Assembly (NCBI RefSeq): GCF_964355755.1
Contig: NC_092674.1
Span: 5,208,001-5,272,000, forward strand
Length of the DNA: 64,000 nucleotides
Origin: Antedon mediterranea
Taxonomy: Eukaryota; Animalia; Echinodermata
Direction of reading: 5' to 3'
Shown: positions 31,521 through 45,587 of the stretch, piece after piece
Numbering within the stretch: position 1 is the stretch's first letter
Layout: every line of letters begins with the position of its first letter
Notes under the pieces: model-generated
Databases searched by the model: none
Seen by the model: only the letters and a program-made list of their open reading frames with translations
What the model was told of the DNA's origin: nothing
Translations under genes and position numbers: made by a program

Positions 31521-34500
31521 CATAAATATGTGTAAAAACAACGCCCTCTCTCTCAAGAACTTTCTACGATCTTTTTGGCGGTTTTACATGCGAAAGAATA
31601 TTAACTTTTCTAGGCCTAATAAGCAATTTAATGTAACAAAGACCTTAGCGAGAGGTTAAAAACAGACAAGGCAAAGATGCTTTAAATATAATTATTAATA
31701 TAAAATATGACGATCTGTGCCGTCGTCTGGCTACGAACCTGAAAATAAATATTTGTTTTAAATGAATTGTGTGTTTATCTATATCCTTATTATACAAATG
31801 GAATATTATTAAAAAGTATTACTAAAGAAATTTAACAACTCATAACAACATACGTCAGCGAATATGTGTTTATTTTGTCTAACATTTGCGTTGCAGAAAT
31901 TGTTGATTTACCCGATATATAAAATATAATTGACGAGAAAATTTAATCAAATTGATGTCACGGGACATTTGTATTTCCTAGTTATTATTGAGTTTAAAGT
32001 CGTCATAGACGCGTCTTGCTGCTCCGTTGTCGACGCTTTTTCATTGATTTTGGATCGAATAGACACAGTATTTACCGTACATAGTTGATTGCACTTAGCA
32101 AGACTAGGAAAATAAGAAATATTGATTTAAGTGTACCGTCGTTTTGCATTTTAAGCCACCACTGTTTTGTGAAATCAAATTTTTCGGCCTACCGTACTAA
32201 ACCTTATACTAACTAGCTAAACACCCTTTCTAAAAGCTAAAGAAACTTTCGATTTGCGAGAACATATGACGTCATATTAATTTATTATGCGCATGCGTTT
32301 GATTTTGGTTTCGCAATTTTGTCGAATTTAGCCCCCAGGTCACCAGATGACCTTGGATTCACACGACGATACGTATATGGACAACGAATTGATACAAACG
32401 ACGTAATGCCTAATTTACATAAATCCATGCCCGTCCCTGATATGCAATCACTTTAGGCCTACATAATACACACATATGAGATCCGGATCCATTATGTATG
32501 TATCATCCTCCTATTCTACGTTGTAGAGCTGGAATCGAAAAAATTAACAGCAATAAATAACCTACTGAGGTATTCGATAAGATGTTTTCCCGATTGCATT
32601 GAACATTTTCATTTTGTCCGTTAGTTTGTCCGTCTGTCCATCTTAATATTTTAAGAGCCGTTTGTTATAGATATGATAGATGTGATTTTCTTTACAATTA
32701 ATGCAATCTTTCTTTGATCTTTTCAATAAGTGGTTATCGATCAATATTTGATATTTAAGGGTGGTTCCCACTAGAGATGCAACGCAATGACGTACGCGCA
32801 ACGACGCAGGCAAGATGATTAATGACAAGCCACTGATCGAATAAATTATCACTTGTGATTGGTCAAATCAGTTACGTTGCGTTACGTCCTTGCGTTGTGT
32901 CGCTAGTGTGGCCTTACGCTTAAAAGGGCCTCATTAATTACTGTATCTTATTGCGGTTCTCATTCGAATGTGGCACTTGTTACGTTATTCGAATGATGTA
33001 TACTTAGTTATTCAATCACTCTACATTTTTAAAGCAAGATATAAAACGTCGTATTCCAGCTGTGGTAGGTTCATTATTCTCACACGATTCAAATGCAGAA
33101 AATCGTAATGCCATTATTCCGTAAGCATTTTCGTTGTTTGTTAAGCTACTTCAATTCCATAGGACAAAACCAATCAATAGGAACGAGGTTAATAACACGC
33201 AAATGCAAATTAATTTTAACATGCGGCGAACGAGTATTATTCTGTTAATCTTCGTAACAGACAGTTGGTCGCAATATGTAATTAAAATAATTTGCATTAT
33301 TGTGAAACTAATAGCTTTCTTCAAAAGTAGTCTGCTGCCGGCAACTTCCGGTCCAGTACGGGCTACTGTACGAGTCCCACATAGGCTAAGGCCCATTTAC
33401 ACTCTAGGACGATAACGATCGACGATAAAAAACAATACAAAATGTAATTTTCAAGTATAATACAAGTTTTCATCCTATAACTATGGATAACAATAGGCTT
33501 TTTACACTAGGACGATAACGATCGACGATAAATAGGTAAGCATGAATTTTTCTTACATAAAACAAAAGAAATTAGAAAGGTTTTCGTTTTGGAACTACAG
33601 TATAGAATAATCATTTATGCTGTCTTTCATAAAATAATGTTTAACCCAATCAAATCCCACTAGCAACGCAACACAAGGACGTAACGCAACGCAAGTGAAT
33701 TGACCAATCACAAGCGATGGCTTATTCGCTTGTGATTGTCTATAACTTCGCTTGTCATTGGTTAAAATGCTTGCGTTGCGTTTACGTCCTTGCGTTACGT
33801 TCTAGTGGGAACCAAGCTTAAGGGGACACGTTCGGGACTAGTAAAAGTGCCCATGGACCGTGTGTTAAACGTGCCTCTCTTTTCGTTTCGCTTTGCTCGC
33901 CTATGCATTCACCTCAGATCAATGCGCTTAAAATGGACAGTTAGCTGGAAAAAGTGACTATTTTTGGAGAAATGTACGTTTTTAATGATTGAATAAATAA
34001 TGTACAAGGAACTCTCAGTTCATGAATGTTGATATATAATATTCTTCTTGCACTGAGAACGGAGTTATAAGTTTACGTACGGTCAACAACAGTGATCAGC
34101 GAATTTAGCGGATTAGTATTCCAAGCATTAACCAATTTGTTTACAGTCGTGATTTTACTTGATATTTTATATTAGTTTTCATTATAACAACATGACGTGA
34201 GGTTCACAAAACGCACGTAGTGTTTCCTGTGTGAATCAAGTCTTAGTTTATTCGAGCACTGGTCATTGTTCGAAATGACGAGAAATCGGAAAAAATATAA
34301 GTTTTATACGATTTATTTCTTTACAATTAAACAACACTGTACGGTTTGATGATAAAGGATAGCAGAAAATCATGTACTTTGATAATAGAAATGCTTATGG
34401 CAATCAAAATAAAACATAATACAATCTGCAATAGTCGAATAGCAAATAGAGGCATGTCATTCCACCACCTTCATCAACGATTATTCAGAACCATACAGGT

Positions 34501-35331
34501 CACGTGTCTTTGTATTGTTGAAAACAGTATAAAAAGCATTAAACTCTGTCTACACTATCAAACTTTATGTGACAAAAAAAAAATACGATGTGCACACTGA
34601 CACGATGACCACCATATTTGAGTACATCACACTTTTTTTTTGCCAAACTAGTTTGATACTGTAGACAGAGCTTTAGACAAACAAAACAATTGAGTGGGGG
34701 TTTGTTGATATTGAGAGAACTAACAATGTTAAAGCTCTGTCTACACTATCAAACTAGTTTAACAACAAACGTGTGATGTGGCCAAATATATGGTATGGTA
34801 GTGATATGCTTAACTATGGTGATATGACCATGTCCATTATAGGCACATTTTTTTGTCACATAAAGTTTGATACTATAGACAGAGCTTTAGTTTGGCTTTG
34901 GCCTATATCTTAAAAGACTTGATAGTGTAGATGGAGCTTTGACTTTGGCCTAAGTCTGTAGAAGACCTGCACGTAACACTGAATAGGAAATAAATACAAG
35001 AAAACAAGAAAACTTTATTGTCAAAGGCCAAATACAGTATATTTGTAGGCGTCTGAACATTTTGATACGCGGTATATGATTTGTGTTTGTGTGGATGTAT
35101 TGTAATTTCCGTATTTTTTATATAATTTGTTATTCAAAGACAAACATGCCTAAGCTCAGTTTCATAAAGGTCAAGCGATTATCATATATTATTGCAAAAT
35201 TTTGAATTAGATGTTTTCTTAACAGTTGATTTACCGTACCGAGTCTAGAACAACAAATGAAATACAAAAGACGTTTTTACTTTTAGAAATTACCAGTGAA
35301 AAACCATACAAATAGTAAAGGTTTGGTAAAT

Positions 35332-36060
35332 CTTGGTTCCCACTGGGGAACGCAACCGCAATAATCCATCGCTTGTGATTGACCAAGCTACGTACGTTCG
35401 CTTACGTCCTTCTTACGTACTCGCGCTGCATCCTAGTGGGAACCAAGCTGTAAGCGTGGTTCCCACTAGAACGTGACACAAGGACGTCAACGCAACGCAA
35501 GCGTTTTAACCAATGACAAGCGAAGTTATAGACAGTTAGCAATCACAAGCGAATAAGCCATTGCTTGTGATTGGTCAATTCACTTGCGTTGCGTTACGTC
35601 CTTGTGTTGCGTCGCTAGTGGGAACCACGCTTAAGCGCGCATCAACCGCACCGCAAGCAATTTGACCAATTACGACGCGTGAACCATCCAGACTGTCGCA
35701 TGTGATTGGTCAACTCACTTGCGTTGTGCCTACGTTGCGTTTCATCAAAGTGGGAACAAAGCAGCTTGAACTGAGATATTTGGCACTCGCGTTTAATCGA
35801 GCTGTTGAAACGCTCACTCACAAGTCAAATTACGTCTAATATTAAGCGTGGTTCCCACTAGCGACGCATTGTAACGCAACCTACGCAACTTAAGAAAATG
35901 CCCTTCCGATAATGTTGTGTGCCCCCGCCGCCGAAATCAAATCTGCGATGTTTGCAGCACTGATGCGTCGTCGGTTCCCACTTGTGATTACGCAATACAG
36001 CAATTTGCGTTAAAACGTCGCTGTCTTGCGTTACGTTGCGTCGCTAGTGGGAACCACGCT
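35332..36060. mobile_element. Cluster of four MITE family B elements (Harbinger-like, TIR AGCGTGGTTCCCACTAG)
   Basis: Copies at about 35332-35449, 35453-35631, 35640-35762 (partial) and 35845-36060 (perfect TTA TSD). Others at about 32760-32910, 33655-33818, 53345-53502 and 53897-54034. Confidence 0.85.
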
Positions 36061-38180
36061 TTAATTTCATTGGCGAAATGATCTTATTATTTCGGTCCTA
36101 CTCTACCTTCAAATTAACTTCCACTGAACTACAATGATAACACTGTAAATAGATTACTCGTTAGCCGTAGTATGCATGTAATAACATTTGTCATATTAAT
36201 TATTATTGATAAAGCGTTAACATTCATAATTATTTTATGTTCCTGGAAACACTGGTATATGATTATCGCTACCAGCAAATTATTCCAATTAGTTAATCAA
36301 TATTGCTTACGTCATCTTCATTAATTTTAATAAGGTTTACATGTATTATAAATTAAATAAATCATTGAGTGAAGCCTTCCTTTGAATTATAGAAATAATT
36401 ATACTGACACAAGCATAGACAGGTTTCGGTTCATTAATTCATTAATTCATTCAATGTGACATTTATTTACTTCAAGAAAAACAAAATGTAGTTTAAAAAA
36501 AAAACAATAAAAATTGAAGAAGGCATGTTCAGAAAAGGCAAAATGCTTGTGGAAGACATGCCCATAGACAAAGATGATATTTAAACAGACTGATAAAAAA
36601 TAAAAATGTATCATATACTATTATATATAGTCATGTATGAACGCATCGTGCAATATCAAAAATAATGAACAATTAATCAATCGTACAAGCGTTTTATCTT
36701 TTAATATAAAGATCGTCTTTATTATGATCAGTCAATATAATCAGTCAAATCATCTTCATTATTGCACCCGCTTTTTGGTACTATTGAACATTGTAAAAGT
36801 GTTACACTGTAAACAAATAATAACATAATATCATTATTACTTTTATAATAATTGCCCCCCTGAACATATTTTTTTTTTAGTATGTCATTTTTATGTCGCA
36901 TAATAGTTATTCATTTGGACCAAAAACTGGATCTAAAATTATTTATACATGAACATGAATGTACTAAAGCAAGACAATGAGTTTTTAGTTTAAATTAACC
37001 GTTTATTTTGTCTTTTTATAAATCATTTTTTTCCCTATAGAAGTGATTAACTTTATTCTGATTTTGAAAATCTGATTGTATTAATTGTTCATGTTCATTC
37101 AAAACACAATAACTATATGGAATACTTGTCATTATCATCACAACATAACAATCATAATGTTTTTTAACATGATTCAGATCTATCTTGTCGATGTTCTGTT
37201 GATCGATATTTTTCCGCATTCAGTAAGCAAAGAGAGAAAATTACCTGCGTGGAAATTCAGTACCAATATAATATATTTCCAAGTTAAATTTTCTGCCCGA
37301 TGTCATTACAAACTATATGAGGATGATTTGTAGTAATTTTTTGCTGTAATTTCAGTCAGCACATACTAACAAGATCATGGTTGGTTAGCAGTGCGATGGA
37401 TATTGGGTTTATCGTACGTTATCAGAACGAATACAATGCTTGATAATAATTCGTACAAAACGTCGTCGTTCGCTTTTACCCAGCGCTACAACATCATAAT
37501 GTGGGTCATCGTTGATGACGTATTGTTGTAATTACGAAGTGAGAATTGTGTGTATTTACGAACGCAAAGCACTATGCCTTTATCTCGATCACCATCAATA
37601 CATATTCAGTCTTACGCATTATCATAATTACTTCGTCTTCGTACTAAGCGTAGTCAACAACTGCAGCCTACTATGCACCAGAATTTCATTCTGCACGGCG
37701 GCCGTTGATGAATACTAACCGTCTTTTTGGAAAAGGATAACCCATTGGAGCAGATGAGTTATCACTTCGCATAAATACTATGAGTAAATTAGCTACGTAG
37801 TGATGACACTTTGTGATAATAATATTAGCTGGTCGTCTGCGATGGTTACAAGGATTCTTTTTGTTATAACATGCCGCTGCATGGGAGTGGGTCTATCACA
37901 CGTGATGTGAAAGCTTAGCGACAACACTACACACCAACCAAGTACGGCTGTATGTCCTTTTTGTGTGATGAGGAAACCATATAGGAAAGATGCTCATATT
38001 TACGAACTCGAATATTATTATTGATCGAATAATTTAGCGTGACCTTGTACAAATTTTTTTTTTAATTTTTAAAAGAGTCGTCGCCACTGGTTTTGTTTTG
38101 TTTCCTTAAACTCTGCAGGAAGAGAGGGACCATAGACGTTCATACACGCATCTTACGTGTGTATCCTTCTATCTCTCTCA

Positions 38181-38532
38181 ATGTCGGAAAATCGGCGCGC
38201 CCCTTTTATAGGCTGCCACAGTCAGCAGTCTGAAGACACAGCTAGATTTGTTCTATTAGCGTTTTGTATATTATGCTACTGGTTATTAGGAGCGACTGTC
38301 TTCCATATTTTAGAAAGCGATTGTGAAAAAAACGAGCGATTAAACTATACCGATACTATTGATAGGTTTTTGGAGAAGTACGTTGCTACGGGGTTGGTAA
38401 ATGAAACGGAACTAGAAAGACTCTTACAGAAGAACGAATACGCTAGTAAAAAAGGACTTGTTGATTCTAAACGCCCAAGATGGGATTTTCCGGGATCATT
38501 TTATTTTGTAGGAACGGTCGTAACAACAATAG
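38181..38532 (+). CDS. KCNK13: Two-pore-domain K+ channel, THIK subfamily (KCNK13/KCNK12-like), first coding exon
   Basis: MSENRRAPFIGCHSQQSEDTARFVLLAFCILCYWLLGATVFHILE...RPRWDFPGSFYFVGTVVTTIG covers M1, the cap and the P1 pore helix. EDxARF and RPRWDF are THIK-like. Phase-1 donor G|GTATGT at 38532. Acceptor CAG| at 38118 implies an upstream UTR exon. The rest of the gene was not seen in the window. Confidence 0.9.
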
Positions 38533-41500
38533 GTATGTTAATTTTTATTCTTTCATTGTGTGTTGTAAAGTGAAGTGTGGTGTTCCGTTTCCGTCGTGGC
38601 CGCCGCACAGGTAGTACATTGCAAATCACAATGGTAAAATATGTCTGTAGACACAATGTATCGTTTATATGAGATTAAATTTTCACTTTGTCCTGAATTT
38701 GTCTTTGTCTATTACATGAGTACTTGTACTGCCATCCACTTGATTATCTATTGAATCAGAGGCATATCGTACTTATAAAATAAGATTTAACGATAATCAT
38801 CTCTATAGTGTTGAGATTGATTTTTATTTTTTGTGCCTAAAAAGTGTTTTAATTTATAAAATAAAATGAGAATATTGTCTGTACAACTAAATATTACATA
38901 AAATATCAGCACAGTACACCTTGCACTTTTAACCAATCAAATGCCTTAAGTCGTTATACCTGATACATTATTCATGAGGGTCAGTTCATTATATTGGGAG
39001 AGTGTAATCAATTTTTTTGATGTGCGAATATCCAAATCCATCTCTCTTTCTCTTTTTCCTCTGGCTCTGAAATTTCGAAGAAGAAAGTTAAAAATGTAAG
39101 ATAAGATAGATAAGTAGTTTTTTTAAATAAAGTTTGTATCTTATTAGACCTTAGAAACTCAGTATTTACTTTGATAAAGTCATAAACATAGGCAGCATGG
39201 ATGGATCTCACTGGGCATGGGCTTGGTGGCTAGTCTATGTATGGCCTAGGTGTGGGGTACCGCTGTAAGGCGTAGGTAGGCCTAGAGTAGTAGTAGTTAT
39301 AAGCCTAGTTTAAAGATGGTAATTGTCTATCCTTGTGTTGTTTTGTAGAGGCCCAGAAAACTACTACCTGTACCACACTAACTAGCTTAACTAGTTTATA
39401 GTAAAATTTGACTGGAGGCTTTACCATGAAGCCATGCCATGTATTCTAGTACTGTAGAAGATAGATAGTAGAGGAGTATATGAATTACTAATAGGCTATC
39501 TTGTTTTAGGATGCTTAGATAATATTCACTATATTTTTTTTTATTGATAAGCTATATCTAAGGTAGCCTAATAACAATTCAATATATGTGTGATGAATAT
39601 GACAATTTACAGAAGGTTGCAGATTCTTCTGAATCGCTTAATAATAGTAATACTAACATATAATTGAAAGCACAGAATCTCACGTCTCCGTGATGTATAT
39701 AATATTTGAATATCAACTTAACCCATAAAAATCACTATTAATGACGCTTATTAATAACTAACAAGAAGTTATTTACCCTAAATTGAACCAGCAGTCAGCA
39801 CATAGAACTGGAATAAATCCTCAAGAAATACTTATCCAACCGGAGTTATACAATTCAGAAAAGGCAACGTCTGCCGAGTCACGCACCATAAAGCGTATAT
39901 TCATAATTCTAACACGTGTATTTAACATTATACAACGGCAATAAAAGAAAACGGAAATAACGAAAACGGCTATAAACAAAGTCTATAGAGAATTTCCAAT
40001 CTTCGAAATGAAACTTATAATGTACAGCACACTGTGTTTGCATGCTCAGAATATCTTCGCTATCAATGTTTAATTAGATTTATAAACTCATATCTTGTTT
40101 ATAATCTTTTCCAGAGATCTAGTATTTTAAAGGCCTTACTTTATTGTCCATTATAAAGCTTGGAATTGATTTCATTCAAGTTGAAAATTTAGATAAAACA
40201 TGAGATATATACTTTTAACAAGACTCCTATATTGTTAGTGTTTGTATACCTTCATAAACATACAGTGTTTAATATTAGTATTTTTATAGCACACCGGATT
40301 GTATTCTTGCAATTTTATTGGTTAATTACACATCATGTGTCATTTGGAATTAATATAAAATTGATATCTGATGGTGATAATGAATGGTATAATGCACGTT
40401 TAGCTTTCTGTAAACATTTTGAGATTTTTTGACGTTGTTGACTGATCGCATTCGGAAATAAAATTTGTTGTCCGCGTCACCTAAAAGTACTGTTCTACTC
40501 TCCGCGTATAAAGCTTGTGAAATGCCTATTTTACTGGCTTAACTTCCCAGCTAGCATTCATCAATGATTTACCATGGAGAAACTGAATAAAGTAAGTGTA
40601 AATAGTTTTTTATTGGTTGAATGGAGAGAATATTTCATGAGTTGAAAAATTTACTGCTCTGTTTTTCAACTCATGAAATATTCTCACTATCCAACTCATA
40701 AACATTCATTATTTGTATCTAACCAAAACCAAAACTATCATCATTTCAATGTCATTATCACTATTTTCTTTTACCGTACACTATTTCATTTACAGATTTA
40801 TCACCATCTGGTGAACAATGATGGTTACCATACGGTATATTTAAAATTGATTATTATTTCTATCGAATGGAAATTACAATCACTGTTAGAATAAAAAACA
40901 AACTAGATATTTGAATATGAAGTGTTATTATGGAATATACTCCATATGGTATGGCTGCTGTCTGCAGCTAGACTGTATGGAAATATTGTTATCCAGTATT
41001 TCATTTTAATATATTAAATTAAATTTGTATCATCGCCATCATTTCAGGTTATAGCCTCTGCTAAATCTAACCTTCCTCAAGTTCTCATATATTTCTTGAT
41101 GTCATGTCTCCACCTCTATGTGTGCTCACTAGCTTAAACCTAGGCCCCAGAGCATAAACTGTGGCTTACATCACTGCTATGTCATTCACTATGATGTAAC
41201 TGGATCATTTGTTCTGACACACACATATCATACAGTGCAATGAATACCTTTTATTTACATAGTTATAAGTTATAATACAGTATTGTTTTCTTTTTGTGGT
41301 ACTACTAATACTGTATGGTTATCAGTATGTTAAAGAAGCCATGGGATTATTTCATATATTCAGCTAGCATCAAATTATTCTTCAACAATACTTGATACAA
41401 TATATACTTAAGTCAAAAATGATTGATGTATTTCCTTAAACGTTTTTTTTATTTCTAATTTTTATAGAGAAATATTAAAAAAGAGATAATAATTAAAATG

Positions 41501-41744
41501 TCAAAATAATGTGTAGGTGTGCGAGTATAAAGTCTGTGAACTGTCAGTGTCAACATTGACTCGTGAAATGATGAATAGTTAGCTTGTTTGCCTTTGCGAC
41601 CGATTTACCCCAGGCCCAAGACTAGCTTAGCAGTGGGAGGATTTGTAGGATGATAACCCCAGAAAAAATGACTTTAATATCGAATATGTCAAAGATAAAA
41701 TTCAGTAAAAAGACAATTTTGGTAGAGAAATAATGTTTATTTTA

Positions 41745-42378
41745 CCTCTTACAAATTGGACAATTTAGATATAATATGAATGTACATTATTTACCTGTGT
41801 AAACACACATCCTAACAATTTGGATAGAGAATTAATGTATACTTACCTGTGTAAATACATCTTAAAAATAAAGATTATTTACATTTACCTATGTAAACAC
41901 ACATCCTAAAAATTTAGATAGAGAATTAATGTATATTTTACCTGTGTAAACACACATCTTAACAATTTGGATAGAGAATTAATGATGTATATTTTACATG
42001 TGTGAACACACATCTTTAAGACTTAGATAGAGATACATTTTACCTGTGTGATACCTGTGTGATCACACATCTTACAATTTGGATAGAGAATTAATGTACA
42101 TTTTATCTGTGTGAACACACATTTTACAATTTGGATAGAAAATGAATGTACATTTTATCTGTGTGAACACACATCTTACAATTTTGATAGAGAATTAATG
42201 TACATTTTACCTGTGTGAACACACATCCTACAAATTTTATAGAGAATTAATGTACATTTTACCTGTGTGAACACACATCTTACAATTTAAATAGAACATG
42301 AATGTACATTTTATCTGTGTGAAAACACTTCTCAATTGGATACTATTTACATGTGAACACACATCCTAAAAATTTGGT
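41745..42378. repeat. ~52-bp satellite array (about 11 units)
   Basis: Unit TTGGATAGAGAATTAATGTACATTTTACCTGTGTGAACACACATCTTACAAT. Decayed TGTGAACAC motifs continue to about 44400. Confidence 0.85.
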
Positions 42379-42489
42379 TCAGTAGTTTTAGAAAATCAGA
42401 CCTAAAAAATGTTCAATGTTTAGTAAATAAGGCGTGCAGAATAACTGAACAGATCATTAGTTTGTAACGTCAAAATTTATGATAAGGTC

Positions 42490-42750
42490 ATTGCCATAAT
42501 GAAAGATGAGAGTCATCCACTCTATAGTGATTTTCAATGGTTGAGATCTGGAAGGCGTTTGAGGGCTACACGTTGTAGAACAAAACGCTTCCTTAATTCT
42601 TTTGTTCCGTACTCAATTAGACATTTTAATAATCGTTGTTAAGTCGTTGAATTTTGTTGCTATGTAATTTTATTGTATTAACCTTTTAGCTTTGAGCAAT
42701 TGTATGTCACATGAATTTCCGTATGGACAAATAAAATGAACTATGAACTA
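42490..42750 (+). mobile_element. Rex1/Babar-like LINE 3' fragment
   Basis: IMKDESHPLYSDFQWLRSGRRLRATRCRTKRFLNSFVPYSIRHFN, then a 3' UTR with AATAAA and (TGAACTA)n tail. Confidence 0.7.
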
Positions 42751-43559
42751 TGGATAGAGAATTGATATACATTTTACTGTGTGAAAACACTAATTATTGT
42801 GATTGTTAGTTTAAGGTCAGTGACAAATTAAATCTTGAGACATGCACTTGTGCACTTTAAAAACCATACTCATAACGTTGGTTGTAAATTATTTCAATTT
42901 ATCTAGTGTAAACACATCATAATATGATGATTAATTACAGATCTAAAAATTCTATTTCGCTTGTGTGAATACACATTATAATTTTGACCTATAGATCAGT
43001 CCATTTGACCTTTGTGGACACTATGCTGGACAGTAAATTTAATAATTTTCTATTGTTATATTATTGATAATTACTATAGACCTGAACTGAATAAATTATT
43101 ACAATTACTTGGCCTGTGTAAACACACATCATATTGATAAATATGATTTTCCATTTTAAGATTTGTCCTTTATGTGAATGCAATTATACATCAATAATAG
43201 TATTACTAGTATTATGGTTGATGTTAATTAAATGTTTTGACCTTTATGGCTCGTTGAATGACAATGCTCCTTTTTATGTACTCCGTGTGAAAACATGTTA
43301 TTGAAGGCAATTTGGCAAATAAGTATGTTTATTCACCACTGTTTACATTAGGTTCAGTTACTGTTGTGAACATATGGTAATCTTGACCATGTGAACATAC
43401 GTCTACTTACTGTAGTTTAATGTTGTTAATGGTCAGAAATTATTGATGTTACGGACGCATGCTGTATTTTGATTGTTTGAGCACAATTTGCAAAATAATT
43501 GAGCATAGAATGCATTGATTATACATCTAAAAAGCCAAGAAAATTATACTAAAAATTGG

Positions 43560-43727
43560 TGCAGAATTGGGACCGTGGTCCAGATTGCCTCCAAAATTTA
43601 ACGGAGTGGTCCTTGACCACATCTATCTGTATTTTCATTTTGGTAAAGATCTTGTAATTACTTTTTGAGTAATCCTACAAACAAACAGACAAACAAACAC
43701 ACATGATCGACTACTGGCAGATGTAAA
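43560..43727. mobile_element. Helentron-associated (DINE/HINE-like) fragment
   Basis: CCAAAATTTAAC...TTTTGAGTAATCCT(ACAA/ACAG)n...GGCAGATGTAAAT layout. Confidence 0.45.
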
Positions 43728-44781
43728 TAAATCAACAGGTGGCACAGAACAAATTCTAAACCACCTGGTGATATGCTGAAAATTAATCAATTTAGAAAAG
43801 ATGAAGAAATCTGTGAGAATAGAAAAAGTCGTCCCAACCAAGATTCAAACTCAGAACCTACTGCTCAATATGCAGATGTCTAAACCATTAGACCACTGGG
43901 GCTTTCATGATATTGTTCAAATTTGATTGGATAGCAAAGGATAAGTATTAATATTATTTTCATTGTGTGAATGTTGACTTTAATGTGAACACAACTTGAA
44001 AGGTCTAGTCACTAAATCTATCCATACTTGATAAATCTTTTGATTTGACCCAAGTTAACTCACTCAGTAAATCAATATACCTTTGCTGTGTACTGTAATA
44101 AACCTATTCATTTCAATTGTGTGAACACATATTATCGAACTGTCAACACTTAACTATAATGTGAACACACTTATAGCTATCACCAGTTTGTCCTTAGTTA
44201 ATAAATCTATCGATTTGACCATTCGCACAGTAATGGCTGTTAAATTTCTGAAGCACCAAACTAGGTTGCGATAAAAGCCTATTCATTTAAATTAAAATAC
44301 ATAATTGAACCGATTAATTTCGATTTTGTGGACACATCAAACTGTCGAATCTTATCTACAGTATTAATGTGAACACACTTTAAGGTAATGCTGAAAACAC
44401 TGTTTTTACTTAATAGATATACAGTATATAAATTTCACCAGATTCAGCTTTAGTAGTATGAAGCAAAATTTAATAGACTGTTTTTTAAATCACAAAAATA
44501 GAGGCTGAATCAAAATCTTTAGTTTATACAATATATCAAACATAAATTCAATACTCTGTATTAAATGTATTTAAATATTTTGTGAATAGACTTAAAGCCG
44601 TTTTACTCTGTTCGTACATAAATCTTTTGATACAAACTTTAGTTTATAGAATATTCAACAAATGAACTGTTTATTTTTTACTAGTATTCATATATTGTCC
44701 TTTTTGTTCCCTTGACCAAAAAAATTGGATTGAAAAAAAACTTTACTCAATAAACCATAATAATATAAACAAACTGTGGCC

Positions 44782-44929
44782 GTATTCACCATTCACACTT
44801 AGGGTAAGGGAAACACATTCCTATCTAAGTGAATACAATTTAAGGGAAATACTTAAATATTTATTGAGTTAAGTGAAATACTTAATATTTAAGGGAAATA
44901 TCTCACCTAAGTGTGTGAGTGGTGAATAC
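44782..44929. mobile_element. Small MITE / inverted repeat
   Basis: GTATTCACCATTCACACTTAGG ... CCTAAGTGTGTGAGTGGTGAATAC. Confidence 0.55.
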
Positions 44930-45224
44930 TTGTCTAGAAGTTTGTTTTTTTCTTTATAAGCAAAAACATTTCATTCAGTTTAAACAAATTAAAACTACAA
45001 AATCGCCTGGTATTGAAAGTTGAATTTGTGGTCTAATTTGCATATTTAAAAAAACATCAATTTTTTTCACATCAATTTGATAGTGTAGACAGAGCTTAAC
45101 ATGAATATATTTCAAGTTTATAGCTGGTATACTCTGTCCATATTTTACCATTGTGGAAGGTTCTATGGAGATAATAATCTGCCTAGTGTTATGGAAATGT
45201 ATGTTAATCGAATGTAACAGAAAA

Positions 45225-45587
45225 GAATTGCAATTATGAACGATAATACTCATCCACTCCGTACATCCTTCGTGTTTAGTCGTACTGGGTGTAGACTAAG
45301 AGTACCATCAAGGTTACGGACAGCACGGTACCGACTGTCATTTGTCCCACAATGCATATTTAAATATATAAGACGACAAACACAAATAATTGTATTTTCG
45401 AACACCTGGGACACCTGATAGCATTTATCCTTATCTGTACATATTTTACAGTACTGTATATTTTAATTTGTGTTTTAACATTTTACTGATTGTATTCTAT
45501 TTTTAAATTAAGTTGCCATGAGAAGAACCAATTTCAAATCTTTCGTTAATGAACTATTTGACAATATAGTTATCTTGTATCTTGTAT
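45225..45587 (+). mobile_element. Rex1/Babar-like LINE 3' fragment
   Basis: IMNDNTHPLRTSFVFSRTGCRLRVPSRLRTARYRLSFVPQCI, with a (TATCTTG)n tail at about 45571-45587. Confidence 0.6.

Noticed and set aside
32337-32353. Estrogen response element
   Set aside because: Half-sites are spaced by 5 nt rather than 3, so it is not a canonical ERE.
41745-42378. Regularly spaced repeats resembling a CRISPR array (also 16520-16810)
   Set aside because: No unique spacers, no cas genes, and the context is eukaryotic. These are ordinary tandem repeats.
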